This document shows positions 29,361 through 38,413 of a DNA stretch of 64,000 bases, in pieces. The stretch spans positions 1,152,001 through 1,216,000 of the forward strand of contig CAVSHF010000005.1 of the NCBI GenBank assembly GCA_963727805.1, in the 5' to 3' direction. The notes beneath the pieces are model-generated. The model did not search any database. It was given only the letters and a program-made list of their open reading frames with translations, and was not told the DNA's origin. Both the position numbers and the translations under genes were made by a program. How positions within the stretch are numbered: the stretch's first letter is position 1; every line of letters starts with the position of its first letter. Origin of the DNA: an uncultured Nitrospiraceae bacterium. GTDB lineage: Bacteria > Nitrospirota > Thermodesulfovibrionia > Thermodesulfovibrionales > Dissulfurispiraceae.

Positions 29361-30965
29361 CTATTCACCCCCCTTTCCGGGAAGAGGTTCGGCCCTTAGA
29401 TTCAGCTCTCTCTCTTTCTCTCCCTTCATTACAAGGGCATTGGCGACGAGTTCGTGGGTGCCAGCTACCCGGACGCCGGGTACCCAGTAGTCCATAAGAG
29501 GGGGCAGCGTCGCCCGATCGATGGCGCAGATATTAGCGAGCATATTCACTCCGTGTTTGTCGCGTACATGTTTTACCGCATTGGCCCTCGGAAACCCTCC
29601 CCGCATCCTCAATTCCATGTCTTCACTGGCATTAAGTCCAGAACCGCTGCCGCAGCAGAAGGTCTGTTCCCGAATCGTGTCCTCAGGCATCTCATGGAAG
29701 TGGTTACAGACGCTCTTTATAACATATCTGGGTTCCTCCATGAATCCCATGCCCCGTGCTGTATTGCAGGAATCGTGGTACGTTACGATCAAATCATCAT
29801 TCCTGGTCGGATCTAGTTTCAGTTTTCCATTTTTGATGAGGTCAGCCGTGAATTCGACGATGTGGACCATCTTGGTCGTTTTAGCATTGTCGAACTTCGT
29901 TCCCGTCATAGGAGAAACGGGCTGCTCGAGGAAATCGGCAGGACCGTTAAAGGTGTCCATGTACTGATGGAGGACCCGCCACATATGACCGCACTCACCG
30001 CCCAGTATCCATTTAACGCCAAGCCTCTTCGCTTCGGCATATATCTTGTAGTTCAGCCTCTTTGCCATCTCCATCGAGGTGAAGAAGCCGAAGTTTCCGC
30101 CCTCCGACGCATAAGTGCTCCAGGTGTAGTCGAGGCCGAGTTCGTGGAAGAGCATGAGGTATCCCATGGCAGTGTATGTGCCGGGATCGGCAAAAAGATC
30201 GCCTGAGGGGGTGACAAAGAGTATCTCAGCACCCTTCCTATTGAAGGTCGGCTCTATTTTGACGCCTGTAATGTCCTCAATATCACTCAGGAAGAATTCT
30301 ATGCTGTTCTTGATCGTATGGGGTTCGAGGCCGAGATGATTGCCTTTCATGTAGCAGTTCGCTGCGGGGCCGGTAATCCATCCGATATTAAGACCAAGAA
30401 GGTTCATGAGCTCGCGTCCCATCATTGTAATTTCTGCCTGATCAATGCCATAAGGGCAGAAGAGCGAGCAGCGACGGCACTCGGTGCACTGGAAGAAATA
30501 GTACCACCACTCCTTGAGCACGTCGACGGTAAGTTCTCTTGCGCCGGCGTACTTGCCGAAAATCTTTCCTGAAGGGGTGAAGTAATGCCGGTAAATAGAC
30601 CTCAATATCTCCGCCCTCACCACTGGCATGTTCCTTGAGTCGCCTGACCCGAGGTAAAAGTGGCACTTGTCGGCGCACGCGCCACACCTCACGCAGACAT
30701 CCATAAAGATATGGAAGGAGCGATATTTCTGGAGGCGTTCCTTGATGCCTTCGAGGACGGTATTTTTCCAATCATCGGGAAGCTTCCAGTCTTCTTCGGA
30801 TGGAGACCAATCCCTCGCATTGGGCAGTTCGAGCACTTTCAAGTCCTTGGCCTTTGCGCCATGGCAATACATGCCCGGCTTGATATCTACAGGGAACTGT
30901 GACCAGTGCTTCTTCGGCTTAAGATCTATCTTCGACAGCTGTTCTGGTTTCGGGATCTTTGCCAT
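29361..30965 (-). CDS. dsrK: DsrK, HdrD-like Fe-S subunit
   Basis: CVRCGACADKC, CTECRRCSLFCP, GECGH, HDSCN, FCCGSG, CAIDR. Confidence 0.95.
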   Translation of the reverse strand: MAKIPKPEQLSKIDLKPKKHWSQFPVDIKPGMYCHGAKAKDLKVLELPNARDWSPSEEDWKLPDDWKNTVLEGIKERLQKYRSFHIFMDVCVRCGACADKCHFYLGSGDSRNMPVVRAEILRSIYRHYFTPSGKIFGKYAGARELTVDVLKEWWYYFFQCTECRRCSLFCPYGIDQAEITMMGRELMNLLGLNIGWITGPAANCYMKGNHLGLEPHTIKNSIEFFLSDIEDITGVKIEPTFNRKGAEILFVTPSGDLFADPGTYTAMGYLMLFHELGLDYTWSTYASEGGNFGFFTSMEMAKRLNYKIYAEAKRLGVKWILGGECGHMWRVLHQYMDTFNGPADFLEQPVSPMTGTKFDNAKTTKMVHIVEFTADLIKNGKLKLDPTRNDDLIVTYHDSCNTARGMGFMEEPRYVIKSVCNHFHEMPEDTIREQTFCCGSGSGLNASEDMELRMRGGFPRANAVKHVRDKHGVNMLANICAIDRATLPPLMDYWVPGVRVAGTHELVANALVMKGEKERELNLRAEPLPGKGGE

Positions 30966-30967
30966 TG

Positions 30968-31957
30968 TTACTCCTTTTCTACTGGTAATCCAGCCTTTTT
31001 CATTTTATCCCTGAACTCGTCCTCATACTGCTCGTAGGTATGGACATGGACAGGGTAGTTCCACGGATTTATATGCCTGACCATACGGCTGTTATTCGCA
31101 AGGTTCCTCGTCGGACTCATAAACACACCCCCCAGATGCATAAGCTTGCTGAACGGGAAGTAGGCGAAAAACATGCTTACAAGAAAGAGGTGAATGTAGA
31201 AGATGACGCCGATCGACGCTGGGGCAATGGGATGGAAGCTTACCAGACCCATCGCTACCTGTTTGACGCCGACGATATCGACCCTGAGAAAGTACCTCAT
31301 AAGAATACCTGTAGCCCCAATGCTGAATATCAAGAGGAGCGGGAAGTAATCAGCCGGAAGAGAGATGAACCGTATCTGAGGCATGAATACTCTCCTGATG
31401 AAAAGAAAGGTTACTCCCACAAGAAGCGTAAGGTCTGTCAGATAGACCAACGGCACACCCACCTGGAAAAAGGCGTCGAGGGACTCCATGATTTTGATTG
31501 CCACAGGAACCTTAACCATGAAGAACCTGAAGTGCCGAATCAGCACAATCAGAAAAGACCAGTGGAATATGAGCCCGAAGAGCCAGAGATACTTTTCCGA
31601 ACCGTGAACAAGCTTTCCACTTTTCAACTCTGACTTCGTGTTCCTGAAGAGCGACCGGAAGAGAAGCACTTCGAGAAGCATCCTGCCGATAACCCATGAA
31701 GTCGTCGGAGGACTGTCGAGCTTATTCTGCTTTATCCAAGGGAAAGAATACCCCTGCCCGCCTGTGGTTGGGATATGGAACGGCACAGGCGAACGTCCCC
31801 ATTTTACGACCTTGTACACAAACCCAATGGTAAAGGTAAGAAAGGCCGCATAGGGAACAATGACCCCGATGAGGAAGTGGAGGTTTAGTCCTTTCACCCC
31901 GATAAAGGCCAGCACTATCAATGCTATGACCGCAGCAAAGGAAAACGCGATTCCCAT
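30968..31957 (-). CDS. dsrM: DsrM, NarI-like cytochrome b subunit
   Basis: FRSLFRNT, FHW...RH, YFPFSKLMH, SPTRNLANNSR..RH.NPWN. Confidence 0.95.
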   Translation of the reverse strand: MGIAFSFAAVIALIVLAFIGVKGLNLHFLIGVIVPYAAFLTFTIGFVYKVVKWGRSPVPFHIPTTGGQGYSFPWIKQNKLDSPPTTSWVIGRMLLEVLLFRSLFRNTKSELKSGKLVHGSEKYLWLFGLIFHWSFLIVLIRHFRFFMVKVPVAIKIMESLDAFFQVGVPLVYLTDLTLLVGVTFLFIRRVFMPQIRFISLPADYFPLLLIFSIGATGILMRYFLRVDIVGVKQVAMGLVSFHPIAPASIGVIFYIHLFLVSMFFAYFPFSKLMHLGGVFMSPTRNLANNSRMVRHINPWNYPVHVHTYEQYEDEFRDKMKKAGLPVEKE

Positions 31958-31979
31958 TTACTTTACCTCTTTCGTGACA

Positions 31980-32549
31980 TTAATGTTTTAGTTCTTTACC
32001 GCTGAAATCTCTGTCCTGAGTCCCTGGTTCTTCGGGTATCTCAGTCAGCAGATTTGACTTTTTCAGCAACCAGAGAGTTCTGTCTCTCAACTCGTTTGCC
32101 TTGAGATCGTAAAGCTTTTCCCTACATTTCATGAAAATATCGAAGCTGAGCAGGGCGAGAGTATCAATCTTCGCATCGAGTGCATGAAATTCATCGCGCA
32201 GCTCGTCTTTATCACTCTGGGCGTAGGTCTGAGACAAGAACTCATCGCGAATCACCTTTTTGAGAAGGAAGATGAAGTTTACCGCCTGAGAGGGAGTAAA
32301 ATCCTGAACGGCCCTGATCCTGATGATGGCATCAAGAAATGGAGCGATCTCAGAGGGATCGGCATCGAGAAGAAGACCATCAAAGATGTCCTCGACTCCC
32401 TGGGATGTGGTCTGCCCTACAGGGTTGGTAAATCCTCCTTTCCCTTTCAGGAATGTCGCAGTGTCTGCCGGATAGGACTCAATGATAATATCAAACCACT
32501 TATCGACAATCGCAGTCCTCTGCTTTTTAAGCAGTTCCTTCAGCCTCAT
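31980..32549 (-). CDS. dsrT: DsrT (RsbRD N-terminal domain)
   Basis: FTNPVG, IRIRAVQDFTPSQA, FD.FMKCREKLY; directly upstream of dsrM. Confidence 0.9.
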   Translation of the reverse strand: MRLKELLKKQRTAIVDKWFDIIIESYPADTATFLKGKGGFTNPVGQTTSQGVEDIFDGLLLDADPSEIAPFLDAIIRIRAVQDFTPSQAVNFIFLLKKVIRDEFLSQTYAQSDKDELRDEFHALDAKIDTLALLSFDIFMKCREKLYDLKANELRDRTLWLLKKSNLLTEIPEEPGTQDRDFSGKELKH

Positions 32550-32697
32550 ACGAGCCCTTGCCGCGAGCAGGTTGGTTCTAAGGAGTCGTTAACTGATATT
32601 TTGTTCGATTTCAATGATATATCACAATGAAAAAGAGACAAGACCGGCCCCCCCATCTTTATCGCTATTTTTTTCACAAACGAGTACTATTTTGAAG

Positions 32698-32737
32698 CGG
32701 TGAAGATAGCCCGCTATGTAACGGACTATCTTCACCG
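32698..32737 (-). terminator. hairpin between dsrC and dsrT
   Basis: cggtgaagatag...ctatcttcaccg. Confidence 0.65.
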
Positions 32738-32758
32738 TGACAGATTCCTTCCAGACGT

Positions 32759-33094
32759 TTAGACGCAACCTGTGGGCTTAGGAAGTCCCGCATATCTGCA
32801 GGCCTGCTTTGCCGGTCCATCAGGGAAGAGCTCGTACAGGTACTTCGTATTCCCCTTCTCAGGACCCATAACCTTTCCAATCTCTTTGACGAGGATCTTG
32901 ATCATAGGAGCAATCTGATACTTTGCATAATAGTCCCTGAGGAAGTTGATGACTTCCCAGTGGGCCTCGGTAAGATTCATTCCGTCTTTGTCGGCCATAA
33001 ACGTACCAAGTTCTTTCGTCCAATCATCGAGATTGACGAGATATCCGTCCTCGTCGACTTCGACCGTCTTTCCTCCGAATTCAAGTAAGGGCAT
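32759..33094 (-). CDS. dsrC: DsrC
   Basis: VDEDGYL, HWEVI, LFPDGPAKQACRYAGLPKPTGCV with both C-terminal Cys. Confidence 0.96.
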   Translation of the reverse strand: MPLLEFGGKTVEVDEDGYLVNLDDWTKELGTFMADKDGMNLTEAHWEVINFLRDYYAKYQIAPMIKILVKEIGKVMGPEKGNTKYLYELFPDGPAKQACRYAGLPKPTGCV

Positions 33095-33184
33095 ATGTTG
33101 CTACCTCCTTTCAGAAAATAATTTTTTTTCGCTGAATTATATATTTTCTATAATTCCCTATGCGCGACAATACGCGAGTGTTAA

Positions 33185-33250
33185 AAAATAATATAGACGT
33201 AGGTACGGGGTCAAATTAAATAAAATTATAAAAACATTTGCCATTCTTAT
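33185..33250 (-). promoter_or_regulatory. putative dsrC promoter
   Basis: Minus strand TTTAATTTGACC - 18 bp - TATTTT. Confidence 0.55.
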
Positions 33251-34291
33251 TCATGTGTTATATCCCTTTTGTGCCAATTCAGATACAGTCGTTTCCAGCA
33301 AGGCGCCGTCTGAATAAACAAGCAAAATACCCAAATCGCCTGATAGTTTTCTCAAAATATCATCTTTCCCCTCGGCCGCAGTCGCCCCGACGAGAAGCGC
33401 GGCATAGCCCCTAACCGAAGGGTTCGGGTCCGCAGCCAGCTCTCTGAGGTCTCTCGTATTGAAGGTAACCATATCCGGCCTCACACCTGCCACCCTTGCT
33501 AGGGCCCAAATAGCACCCGGTCTGAAGCTTTCCTCCTCCCGGTTGGACCAGAGGATCGGGATGATATCCCTGAACTCTTCAGGATCACTTCTGATGATCT
33601 CGCCAAGGATTTCAGGGGCGCTCCATCCTATGCCTCCCGACTCGTCACTCATGGACCAGAGCAGCCTTCTCACCGTCTCCCTAAGGATACTGAGATGTGT
33701 CGCCCTTAGATCGTGGGCCACATACCCCATGGACTCGATTGCACGCCAGGTAATCTGGTCCTCTTTATCATAAGAGAATGAAATAAGCCACTTGATTACA
33801 TTTTTATCCTTCAGGGCAAGTTTACCCACGACATCGAGAAGTCCCTTTTCGAGGAGGTGGCGCACCTGTTCCTTAAGCTTCATCGCCATAAAAGTTGGCT
33901 CAGCCAGCACAGTGCCAGTTTCTGAATCAGGGCTTTCTACTAGTTTTTCTGCAACTTTCTCGTCTAAAGGTTGTCCCATTCTGATAAAAATAAGCTTGCC
34001 GGCATGAAAGTTCATGCCCTTTACAGACACCCGGCTGTGACTCTTCCAATCATAATCCATTTCTTTCATAACATATTCATCCAATCCCACGTTACCGATA
34101 TCCCAATCGCCTTTAGCAAAGGCGATGGCGTCACCGTATGCCTCGCCGACATTATGGCCAGTGGGATCACAAACAAATACCGCTCCGCAGGCACACCGTC
34201 CACTGATAATTACGCCGAGTTCGGTTCTGGTATCTTTAGGCCGTTCTAAATACCTACTACAATACGGGCATTCAGGAGTGAGTTTCGACAT
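33251..34291 (-). CDS. hypothetical protein: N-terminal Cys-rich (Zn-ribbon-like) domain plus HEAT/ARM-like repeats (DVU0298-like)
   Basis: CPYC...CACGAVFVCDPTGHN; RRLLWSMSDESGGIGWSAPEILGEI; overlaps the dsrN stop. Confidence 0.7.
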   Translation of the reverse strand: MSKLTPECPYCSRYLERPKDTRTELGVIISGRCACGAVFVCDPTGHNVGEAYGDAIAFAKGDWDIGNVGLDEYVMKEMDYDWKSHSRVSVKGMNFHAGKLIFIRMGQPLDEKVAEKLVESPDSETGTVLAEPTFMAMKLKEQVRHLLEKGLLDVVGKLALKDKNVIKWLISFSYDKEDQITWRAIESMGYVAHDLRATHLSILRETVRRLLWSMSDESGGIGWSAPEILGEIIRSDPEEFRDIIPILWSNREEESFRPGAIWALARVAGVRPDMVTFNTRDLRELAADPNPSVRGYAALLVGATAAEGKDDILRKLSGDLGILLVYSDGALLETTVSELAQKGYNT

Positions 34292-35705
34292 TTTTCTCCT
34301 TGTACTCTTTCGCGTTGGCGATCAATCCCCGGCCCCATTCCGGGGATCCCAGGGCATGAATATGTGTATACGTACCAAGGACATTCTTATAGCAAATGCC
34401 GTCCCTCTTATCAGCAATACCATGGCCGCGCTTCATCTTGAAGGCCAATGAAATATCCTCCTGTGCACAAAATTCCACTACTGCTGAGTAGTGAAACTCG
34501 TGTCCGTGGAGTACCGTTCCCTGGGGATAAAAAGGGTTCGGCTCTTTCACCTCTACGACAGTGTATCCGTGGGCCTCCGGTTTTTGCCTCATTTCAAAGA
34601 CCAGAGGGAAAATTCCCGCCATCGGATACCGTTGACCACCCATAACAATCGCTTTTCCAAGAAACATAAGGCCGCCGCACTCGGCATAAATCGGAAGCCC
34701 CTTTTCGGCTGCTTCCTTCACAGCATCCCTGAATAGCGCATTTTGAGCAAGCCGCACGGCATTCGTCTCGGGAAACCCGCCACCGATATAAAGTCCGTCA
34801 ACTGACGGTAGATTCTCGCCATTAAGGGCGTTTATTTCGACGATCTCGACACCGCTCCTTTCGAGTTCTTCGAAGTTCTCGGGATAGTAGAACTGGAAAG
34901 CTGCGTCTCTGAAAACTCCTATCCTCAATCCATGACCGTCGCCCCTTGATCTGCTATTTGCTACCTTCAACTCACCTTGCATCTTGCCTGGAGCGTAAGT
35001 CACCTCAAGCGATTCCGCGGAGTTGGCGATTTCTATGATTTTCGCCATGTCGAGATATTTATCGGCAAGTGTCTCGGCGAATGATATCACGCCCTCCGCA
35101 TTATTATGTTCATAATAGGGGGTTAGTCCCATATGTCGCTCCGGCATCTCATGCTTCCTCAACCGTGGTATTGCACCCACCACCGGAACCGGACAATACT
35201 TTTCGATCGATTCACGTATCACAGACTCGTGGCGGCTGCCGGCGAGCTGGTTGAGCACGATGCCTTTGATTTCAACACCCTTGTCAAAATTCGTGATGCC
35301 TTGGACAACAGCCGCAGCCGTTCTTGTCATTTTAGTGCAGTCAACAATGAGTACGATCGGCGCTTTGAGAAATTTTGAGAGCTCTGCCGTACTGTACGAT
35401 CCCTCTGCATCCATACCGTCAAAGAGCCCCCTGTTGCCTTCGATCACAGCTATATCGCCGGAAAAATGGGTAAGGAATGAATACATGACCATATCTTTCG
35501 ATACTAGAAAAGGATCGAGGTTGTAACAGGGATTATGCGCCGCCATTGAAAGCCACCCAGCGTCAATGTAGTCGGGCCCTTTCTTGTAGGGGATCACCTT
35601 CAGGCCGAGCCGTGACCGAAGCGAAGCAGTGATAGCAAGAGAAAGCGTCGTTTTTCCGCTGCCGCCCCTGACCCCCGCGATAACGATGCGCGGATAATCA
35701 CTCAT
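34272..35705 (-). CDS. dsrN: DsrN, cobyrinate a,c-diamide synthase homolog (siroheme amidation)
   Basis: GGSGKTT, KKGPDYID, EGNRGLFDG, ERHMGL, YAECGGLM, GHEFHYS; dsr context. Confidence 0.88.
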   Translation of the reverse strand: MSDYPRIVIAGVRGGSGKTTLSLAITASLRSRLGLKVIPYKKGPDYIDAGWLSMAAHNPCYNLDPFLVSKDMVMYSFLTHFSGDIAVIEGNRGLFDGMDAEGSYSTAELSKFLKAPIVLIVDCTKMTRTAAAVVQGITNFDKGVEIKGIVLNQLAGSRHESVIRESIEKYCPVPVVGAIPRLRKHEMPERHMGLTPYYEHNNAEGVISFAETLADKYLDMAKIIEIANSAESLEVTYAPGKMQGELKVANSRSRGDGHGLRIGVFRDAAFQFYYPENFEELERSGVEIVEINALNGENLPSVDGLYIGGGFPETNAVRLAQNALFRDAVKEAAEKGLPIYAECGGLMFLGKAIVMGGQRYPMAGIFPLVFEMRQKPEAHGYTVVEVKEPNPFYPQGTVLHGHEFHYSAVVEFCAQEDISLAFKMKRGHGIADKRDGICYKNVLGTYTHIHALGSPEWGRGLIANAKEYKEKNVETHS

Positions 35706-35905
35706 AAGCTCTTATTATACACTGAGAGATGCCTTATGTAGAGCCATCTCGAACATTTGGCAAAGTCGGTTCTGTCGAAAATTCCAGCAAGTTTGAGCTA
35801 TGCTGGGGATCAAACAAGTATCTTCGATGAGGCTATAATAATAAAAACTTACTGAAGAGATCAGCACATCGGCGAAATTACGAGCGTCGTCGATTACTGC
35901 CTGAC

Positions 35906-36271
35906 CTAATTTTGCACGTACTGTATGGCAACTTCGTAGACGATCGCTGAGTGGTCGATAACCGGGCCGCCCTCACAGTGGAATTCCCCTTTTGATGTTT
36001 CCTTGCGATTGTTAATCATCGAGCTTATAATCCTCGTGAAATCAAATCCGCCCTGAACACACTCCTTGCTCAAACAATCTACCGTGAAAAAAGCATAGCT
36101 GCCTGGGAAAAAATTGACGGTCCGCGGTAACGATTGTCTTATCCCTTTTTGACTGTACATCATAGTGATGATGATGCTCTCAATATTGGGATAGATCGCC
36201 GCCACAAGGCCTGATTCAATTTTCTGCTGCTTTTTTTCTGTCCTTGCTGCATGCTTCTCTCTGTTGTTCAT
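35906..36271 (-). CDS. conserved hypothetical protein with C-x4-C...C...H
   Basis: AGGAGG RBS; DCLSKECVQGGFD...EFHC...H. Confidence 0.7.
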   Translation of the reverse strand: MNNREKHAARTEKKQQKIESGLVAAIYPNIESIIITMMYSQKGIRQSLPRTVNFFPGSYAFFTVDCLSKECVQGGFDFTRIISSMINNRKETSKGEFHCEGGPVIDHSAIVYEVAIQYVQN

Positions 36272-36324
36272 GTCCCTCCTAAATGAAAAGGCCCCCTCTA
36301 CCGGGAAGGAGCCTTCTCCGGTTA

Positions 36325-36525
36325 CTACAGCTTGACGACGTTTATCGCCTTCGGACCTTTTGGGCCCTTTTCTGTATCAAAGCTGACCTTGTCGCCTTCG
36401 GCAAGGCTCTTAAAGCCATTGCCCTGAATTGACGTATGGTGGACAAATGCATCAATTCCATCTTCACCAGTAATAAAGCCAAACCCTTTGCTGTCGTTGA
36501 ACCACTTCACTGTTCCCTGTGCCAT
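36325..36525 (-). CDS. cold-shock protein (CspA family)
   Basis: [15 protein letters not shown] (RNP1), FVHH (RNP2). Confidence 0.96.
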   Translation of the reverse strand: MAQGTVKWFNDSKGFGFITGEDGIDAFVHHTSIQGNGFKSLAEGDKVSFDTEKGPKGPKAINVVKL

Positions 36526-36576
36526 TTCTTATTCCTCCTTAATCTGTAAAATCAAACCTAAAAGGATTTAAAAAAA

Positions 36577-36671
36577 GAGGCCACAAAGCTCAAAGTCTTT
36601 GTGGCCTTTTACGAACGCAAATACCTTTAAAGTTCTATTTTAAGAATAACATATCCGTTGGAGTACGTCAA
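36577..36671 (-). promoter_or_regulatory. csp promoter with structured 5' UTR
   Basis: Minus strand TTGACG-17-TATTCT (36671-36643); UTR hairpin aggccacaaag...ctttgtggcct. Confidence 0.6.
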
Positions 36672-36951
36672 TGGGAATTGGAAGGACCACGTAGAGTTGC
36701 TTTGCACGTATCAATCAAACGGTTTCTCTCACACTGTAATTTCTTCGCATTGCAGAAATTCATTCTCAGTTCTTTGCTTACAATTAATCATCTGCCATGA
36801 CAAAGACAAGAATTATGCTTAGTTGCTTCTTTAGCGTCATATGCTCGTCAAAGATGTAGCACATGACTCCGTTACTAGCACATTTCGGCAGTCTTACTTT
36901 TTTGTTTAACCACTTTAATATTTTCTTACATTAGTGCAGGATTCCACATAT

Positions 36952-36989
36952 AAAAAAAGCGGACAGCGCCTCAGGCGCAATCCGCTTTC
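36952..36989 (-). terminator. terminator after dsrD
   Basis: aaagcgga...gcgcc-tca-ggcgc...tccgcttt with U-tract on the minus strand. Confidence 0.75.
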
Positions 36990-37009
36990 TCTTCTTTTCT
37001 ATATAAAGA

Positions 37010-37225
37010 CTATGCTTTCGGGGGAAGTTCGACGTAGCTGCCGCCGAAATAGGTGTATATAAGCTTACCTTCATCCATGAGTTCTTTTAGTGCCTCCTTG
37101 ATCTCATCGTCGGCTAATCCCTCGGCCCTGAAGGTCTTTTTAATGTCGCCCGCCTTGAGTTTCTTTTTACCCGTGGATTTCTCCACTAGCTCGTATATTT
37201 TCTGCACAAGCTCTGCTTTTTCCAT
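37010..37225 (-). CDS. dsrD: DsrD
   Basis: Small winged-helix protein KKKLK...IKEALKELMDEGKLIYTYFGGSYVELP directly after dsrB. Confidence 0.85.
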   Translation of the reverse strand: MEKAELVQKIYELVEKSTGKKKLKAGDIKKTFRAEGLADDEIKEALKELMDEGKLIYTYFGGSYVELPPKA

Positions 37226-37254
37226 TGTCACACCCCTTTCGTTCAGCATTTTAT

Positions 37255-37284
37255 AAGAAGGGAGTCTATTCAGACTCCCTTCTT
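37255..37284 (-). terminator. stem-loop between dsrB and dsrD
   Basis: aagaagggagtct-attc-agactcccttctt. Confidence 0.6.
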
Positions 37285-37296
37285 TATGCTGTCATT

Positions 37297-38382
37297 TTAC
37301 CATTTAAACGCTGCTGATGTCCTGAAGGTTTCCCTTGCGATAGTGAAGTCGTCGATGTGCTGGAAAGTGAAGGGGAATCCGGTGATTTTGAAGAATTGCT
37401 CCCAGCCGATCCTCTCGATCCACTCGCCGACTCTCTCATGCTTCCGCGCGCCTGCGTTATAGGTTTCTAGAATCTTCCTTATAGCGTCAGTGACTTCGGG
37501 CCATCTCGGCGGGTTGTTCGGGATGTAAGGAACAACGAGTTTCGAGAACTTTGGATCGCTCCTCAGACTTCCTACCTTGCCGCCGACGACGATAGCGACG
37601 CCGTCATCTTCCGGATCGGAGATCGGGAGTGCAGGGCAAACCGAGTAGCAGTTACCACAGTACATGCACTTGTCGTTATTGATCTTGATGCTCTTCTTCG
37701 CCGGATCAGGACTGATGGCACCTGTCGGGCAGCAGGCGATGGTCGAGGGGACTTCGCACATATTCTTGATGTTTTCATGCTCGATCCGAGGGACCCTTCT
37801 GTGAATCGCGACAATTGCGATATCCGAACAGTGGACCGCACCGCACATGTTCGTGCAGCAGGCGACTGCCAGCCTGACTTTACCGGGGGTCGTCTTTTCG
37901 TTGAAGTATTCTGCCAAATCATCCATTATGACCTTTACAAGGCCCGAAGCATCGGTACATGCGCTGTGGCAATGGATCCATCCCTGGGTATGGACGATAT
38001 TGGTAATGTGATAGCCGGCAAGGCTGTCGCCCAGACCGCCGACCAGGTATTTCTTCGCCTTCAGCTCAGCGATGAGCGGCTGGACGTTCTTCTCGTCGGA
38101 AACGAGGAACTCGATGTTGTTCCTTGTGGTAAACCTGAGATAGCCGCCACAGTACTTCTCAGCGATGTCGGCGATCTCCCTGATGGTATCAGTGGCCAAG
38201 AGCCTCGGTGAGGCAACCCTCACAGTCCATATCTTGTCGCCGCTGTTGGCCACGTGGACCATGGTACCGCCGGTCAGGATCTCATGATGCGCCCAGTCTC
38301 CGTAATTCTTCTGGATGACGGGAGGAAGAAAATCTTTGTAATGGGGTGGTCCTATATCGGTTCTTCTTTGTGGTGCTGCCAT
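37297..38382 (-). CDS. dsrB: dissimilatory sulfite reductase beta subunit
   Basis: [53 protein letters not shown]. Confidence 0.97.
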   Translation of the reverse strand: MAAPQRRTDIGPPHYKDFLPPVIQKNYGDWAHHEILTGGTMVHVANSGDKIWTVRVASPRLLATDTIREIADIAEKYCGGYLRFTTRNNIEFLVSDEKNVQPLIAELKAKKYLVGGLGDSLAGYHITNIVHTQGWIHCHSACTDASGLVKVIMDDLAEYFNEKTTPGKVRLAVACCTNMCGAVHCSDIAIVAIHRRVPRIEHENIKNMCEVPSTIACCPTGAISPDPAKKSIKINNDKCMYCGNCYSVCPALPISDPEDDGVAIVVGGKVGSLRSDPKFSKLVVPYIPNNPPRWPEVTDAIRKILETYNAGARKHERVGEWIERIGWEQFFKITGFPFTFQHIDDFTIARETFRTSAAFKW

Positions 38383-38413
38383 AGTAGTCCTCCTGTATAA
38401 TATTTTTTAATGA

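Noticed and set aside
32620..32680. Rex/CRP operator upstream of dsrT
   Set aside because: Only TCACAA half-sites are present; the left arms do not match well enough to call.
34272..35705. Calling this gene cbiA/cobB of the cobalamin pathway
   Set aside because: Its position in the dsr cluster favours dsrN, although a dual role cannot be excluded without a phylogeny.
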